From Pocillopora damicornis (lineage: Eukaryota), in NCBI RefSeq assembly GCF_003704095.1, contig NW_020844825.1, forward strand, positions 186,001 through 250,000: 64,000 nucleotides of DNA, given 5' to 3'. Below, piece after piece: positions 61,874 to 64,000 of the stretch. The stretch's first letter is position 1. The number at the start of each line of letters is the position of its first letter. The notes under the pieces are model-generated. The model ran no database searches and had not been told where the DNA came from. It saw only the letters and a program-made list of their open reading frames with translations. A program made the translations under genes and the position numbers.

Positions 61874-62466
61874 CTGAAAACAAAAAATCATTCATTTTTT
61901 ATTTTATCGGAAGATCACTTAGTCTTCCGGGTTCATCACCGAATGGAGACTGCACAAGTGAGCTAATTGAAGGCCTTTAGATACATCTTGAAAGTTTTAG
62001 CTTCAAGCTAAATTTTGTGTACTAAATCCGTATGACCTACTTTCGGTCCACCTGAAATTATTTAAGAACTTTCAACTTAAAAATATTTAACTTTATTGAG
62101 CTTCGGAGCAGTTTGCATACATTGAATCCAATGATACTGAGATTTAAATTACCAGTTATCTGGAAAAATTGCTTATTTTACTTTGAATGACCATAGACCA
62201 TTTTGATTATCAGCACTCAAAGAAATGTAGTCTATTCGCCTCTAAAGGAAGAAGATAAAAAATCACCATTTTACCCGCATACACGTCAAACTACTTTAGG
62301 ACCAAACGATAAAAACATTCAAAGAAAAATATGACAGATGAAAAGTTTTCACATCTGTCGTCGAAATATGAAGATTTTATGAGAAAGATACCACAAATGA
62401 AAGACAAGTGTCTCGAGGAGTCAATATCACCTTAATCTTGGTCTTTTATCGAGATTTTTTTGTTAC

Positions 62467-62620
62467 CTTCGTGTCGTAAAATTGGGTGTAAATTGCTTCT
62501 TCGTTGTATTCCAATTCGTTTCCTTTCCCAGTAAGGAGAACTCCTCTGTCGTTCAACTCACAGGTCCCTTCACTTTTGAAAACTTTTCTGAAATTTGTTG
62601 AAACGCATCGAGGGTCTCTC
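62467..62620 (-). CDS. PAN exon 3' half, copy A3 (5' half in gap)
   Basis: RDPRCVSTNF...CELND...TQFYDTK|gtaaca. Confidence 0.82.
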
Positions 62621-62953
62621 NNNNNNNNNNNNNNNNNNNNNNNNNNNNNNNNNNNNNNNNNNNNNNNNNNNNNNNNNNNNNNNNNNNNNNNNNNNNNNNN
62701 NNNNNNNNNNNNNNNNNNNNTCGGCAATTTTTTTTGACAGCATTCGTGGACTTTCAAGGAAACTATAAGAATCGGAGTGTTTCAAGCAGGTTCGGGAATG
62801 TTTGCGAAGGTTCGCGAAGGTTCGCGAGGACGGCAGACTCCGTAACTATTGGCGGAGAGACAAGAAGCAGCCAGGACAAGAAACTCATTGTAATTTAAAC
62901 ACGAGATCGTTGACATTAACCTCAAGAATACCTTTCAAACCAACACTACTTAC

Positions 62954-63002
62954 ATTTGCATTTGACGACTTCTAAATCTTCCTTGGATGCCTGACAGTAG
63001 TG
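62954..63002 (-). CDS. Linker mini-exon of copy A4 (HYCQASKEDLEVVKCK+1 nt)
   Basis: 49 nt; canonical AG/GT. Confidence 0.72.
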
Positions 63003-63271
63003 CTGAAAACATAAAACATCATTCATTTTTTATTTTATCGGGAAATCAACTAGTCTTCCGGGTTCATCTCTGTATGGAGACTGCACAAGTGAGCTAATTG
63101 AAGGCCAAACGATAAAAACATTCAAAGAAAAATATGAGAGATAGAAATTTTTCACATCTGTCGTCGAAATATGAAAATTTTTAGGAGAAAGATACCGCGA
63201 ATGTAAGACAAATGTCTCGTGGAATTAGTAACACCTTCTTCCTCGTCTTTTATCGAGACTTTTCTGGTTAC

Positions 63272-63538
63272 CTTCGTGTCGTAAAATTGGGTGTAAATTG
63301 CTTCTTCGTCGTATTCCAATTCGTTTCCTTTCTCAGAAAGGAGAACGCCTCTGTCGTTCAACTCACAGGCTCCCTCACTTTTGAAAACTTTTCTGAAATT
63401 TGTTGAAACACATCGAGGGTCTCTCTGACATAGCAAACCACAGGATATCAGGCTTGCAAGGTGAAATGTTTTGAACGTGAAGCCTTTAAGTCGGCGATGA
63501 TTGCGAGTTATCACAGGACATGAAAGAGACGCTTCCTT
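63272..63538 (-). pseudogene. PAN exon, copy A4, signal peptide and start deleted
   Basis: KEASLSCPVITRNHRRLKG...FYDTK|gtaacc; homology ends abruptly at ~63540. Confidence 0.78.
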
Positions 63539-63809
63539 ATAAATCTAGTTTATCAGTTGTTGTCATTTAACTTTTCTGGTCAACTCAAGAAGCCTCACTG
63601 CCGTTGTGAAGTTAATAATTGATACTTAATAAAATATCAGATCCAATTGTTATCATTCAAATGTTGTTGTGAACTATAGAAGCATCAGTGCCGTTCTTAA
63701 AATGGTAATTGGTATCCGGCATTTTCTTTATAATTTATTCAGCACTTATTGTCTTAAAAAAGAAACTCTTTTCGTGACCAACACATATTCTCATAAATAA
63801 GAGTAATAA

Positions 63810-63905
63810 ACTGAAACGTATCGAGGGTCTCTGGCAAACCACAGGAAATCAGGCTTGCCAGATGAAATATTTTGAGCGTGAAGCCTTAAGTCACAGAAAA
63901 AATTC
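63810..63905 (-). pseudogene. Heavily deleted PAN exon remnant
   Basis: Collinear pieces CTTAAGGCTTCACGCTCAAAATATTTCATCTGGCAAGCCTGATTTCCTGTGGTTTGCCAGAGACCCTCGATACGTTTCA. Confidence 0.7.
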
Positions 63906-64000
63906 TTTTGGTTTTTTTTTTTTTCGGTTGAGACTTTACCTTCGGTGCGTACACGCAGTATTGTAAAAGCTTCGAAAAGATTTCAATTAATATAAAACGA

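Overview
Eukaryotic, AT-rich scaffold window with introns and many N gaps (mostly exactly 100 N). The repeat types and gene architecture suggest a cnidarian, probably a stony coral (inference). 1-7.3 kb is unique sequence: exon 1 of a CREC-family (calumenin/reticulocalbin) gene on the minus strand, and an intact two-exon gene for a secreted prepro-protein with a furin site and a 73-aa six-cysteine, cystine-knot-like mature peptide. 7.3-14.9 kb holds three DIRS (tyrosine-recombinase retrotransposon) copies; the missing 3' end of one lies at 57.6-58.4 kb. 15-64 kb is a rearranged array of direct and inverted segmental duplications of a modular secreted gene (signal peptide+PAN/apple exon, 46-49-nt Cys linker exon, two F5/8C discoidin exons, EGF exon). 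It is mixed with class-A GPCR pseudogenes, tRNA-Val-derived pseudogenes, MITEs, a SINE, L2/CR1-type LINE pieces, hAT and PHD-FLYWCH (MULE-like) transposon relics, and Penelope-type palindromes with minimal hammerhead motifs. There is also a spliced RAG1/Transib-like transposase remnant with a CACTATG terminus, which the ORF track misses. Contig order and orientation in the array are probably partly wrong. All calls were made by eye; no searches were run.
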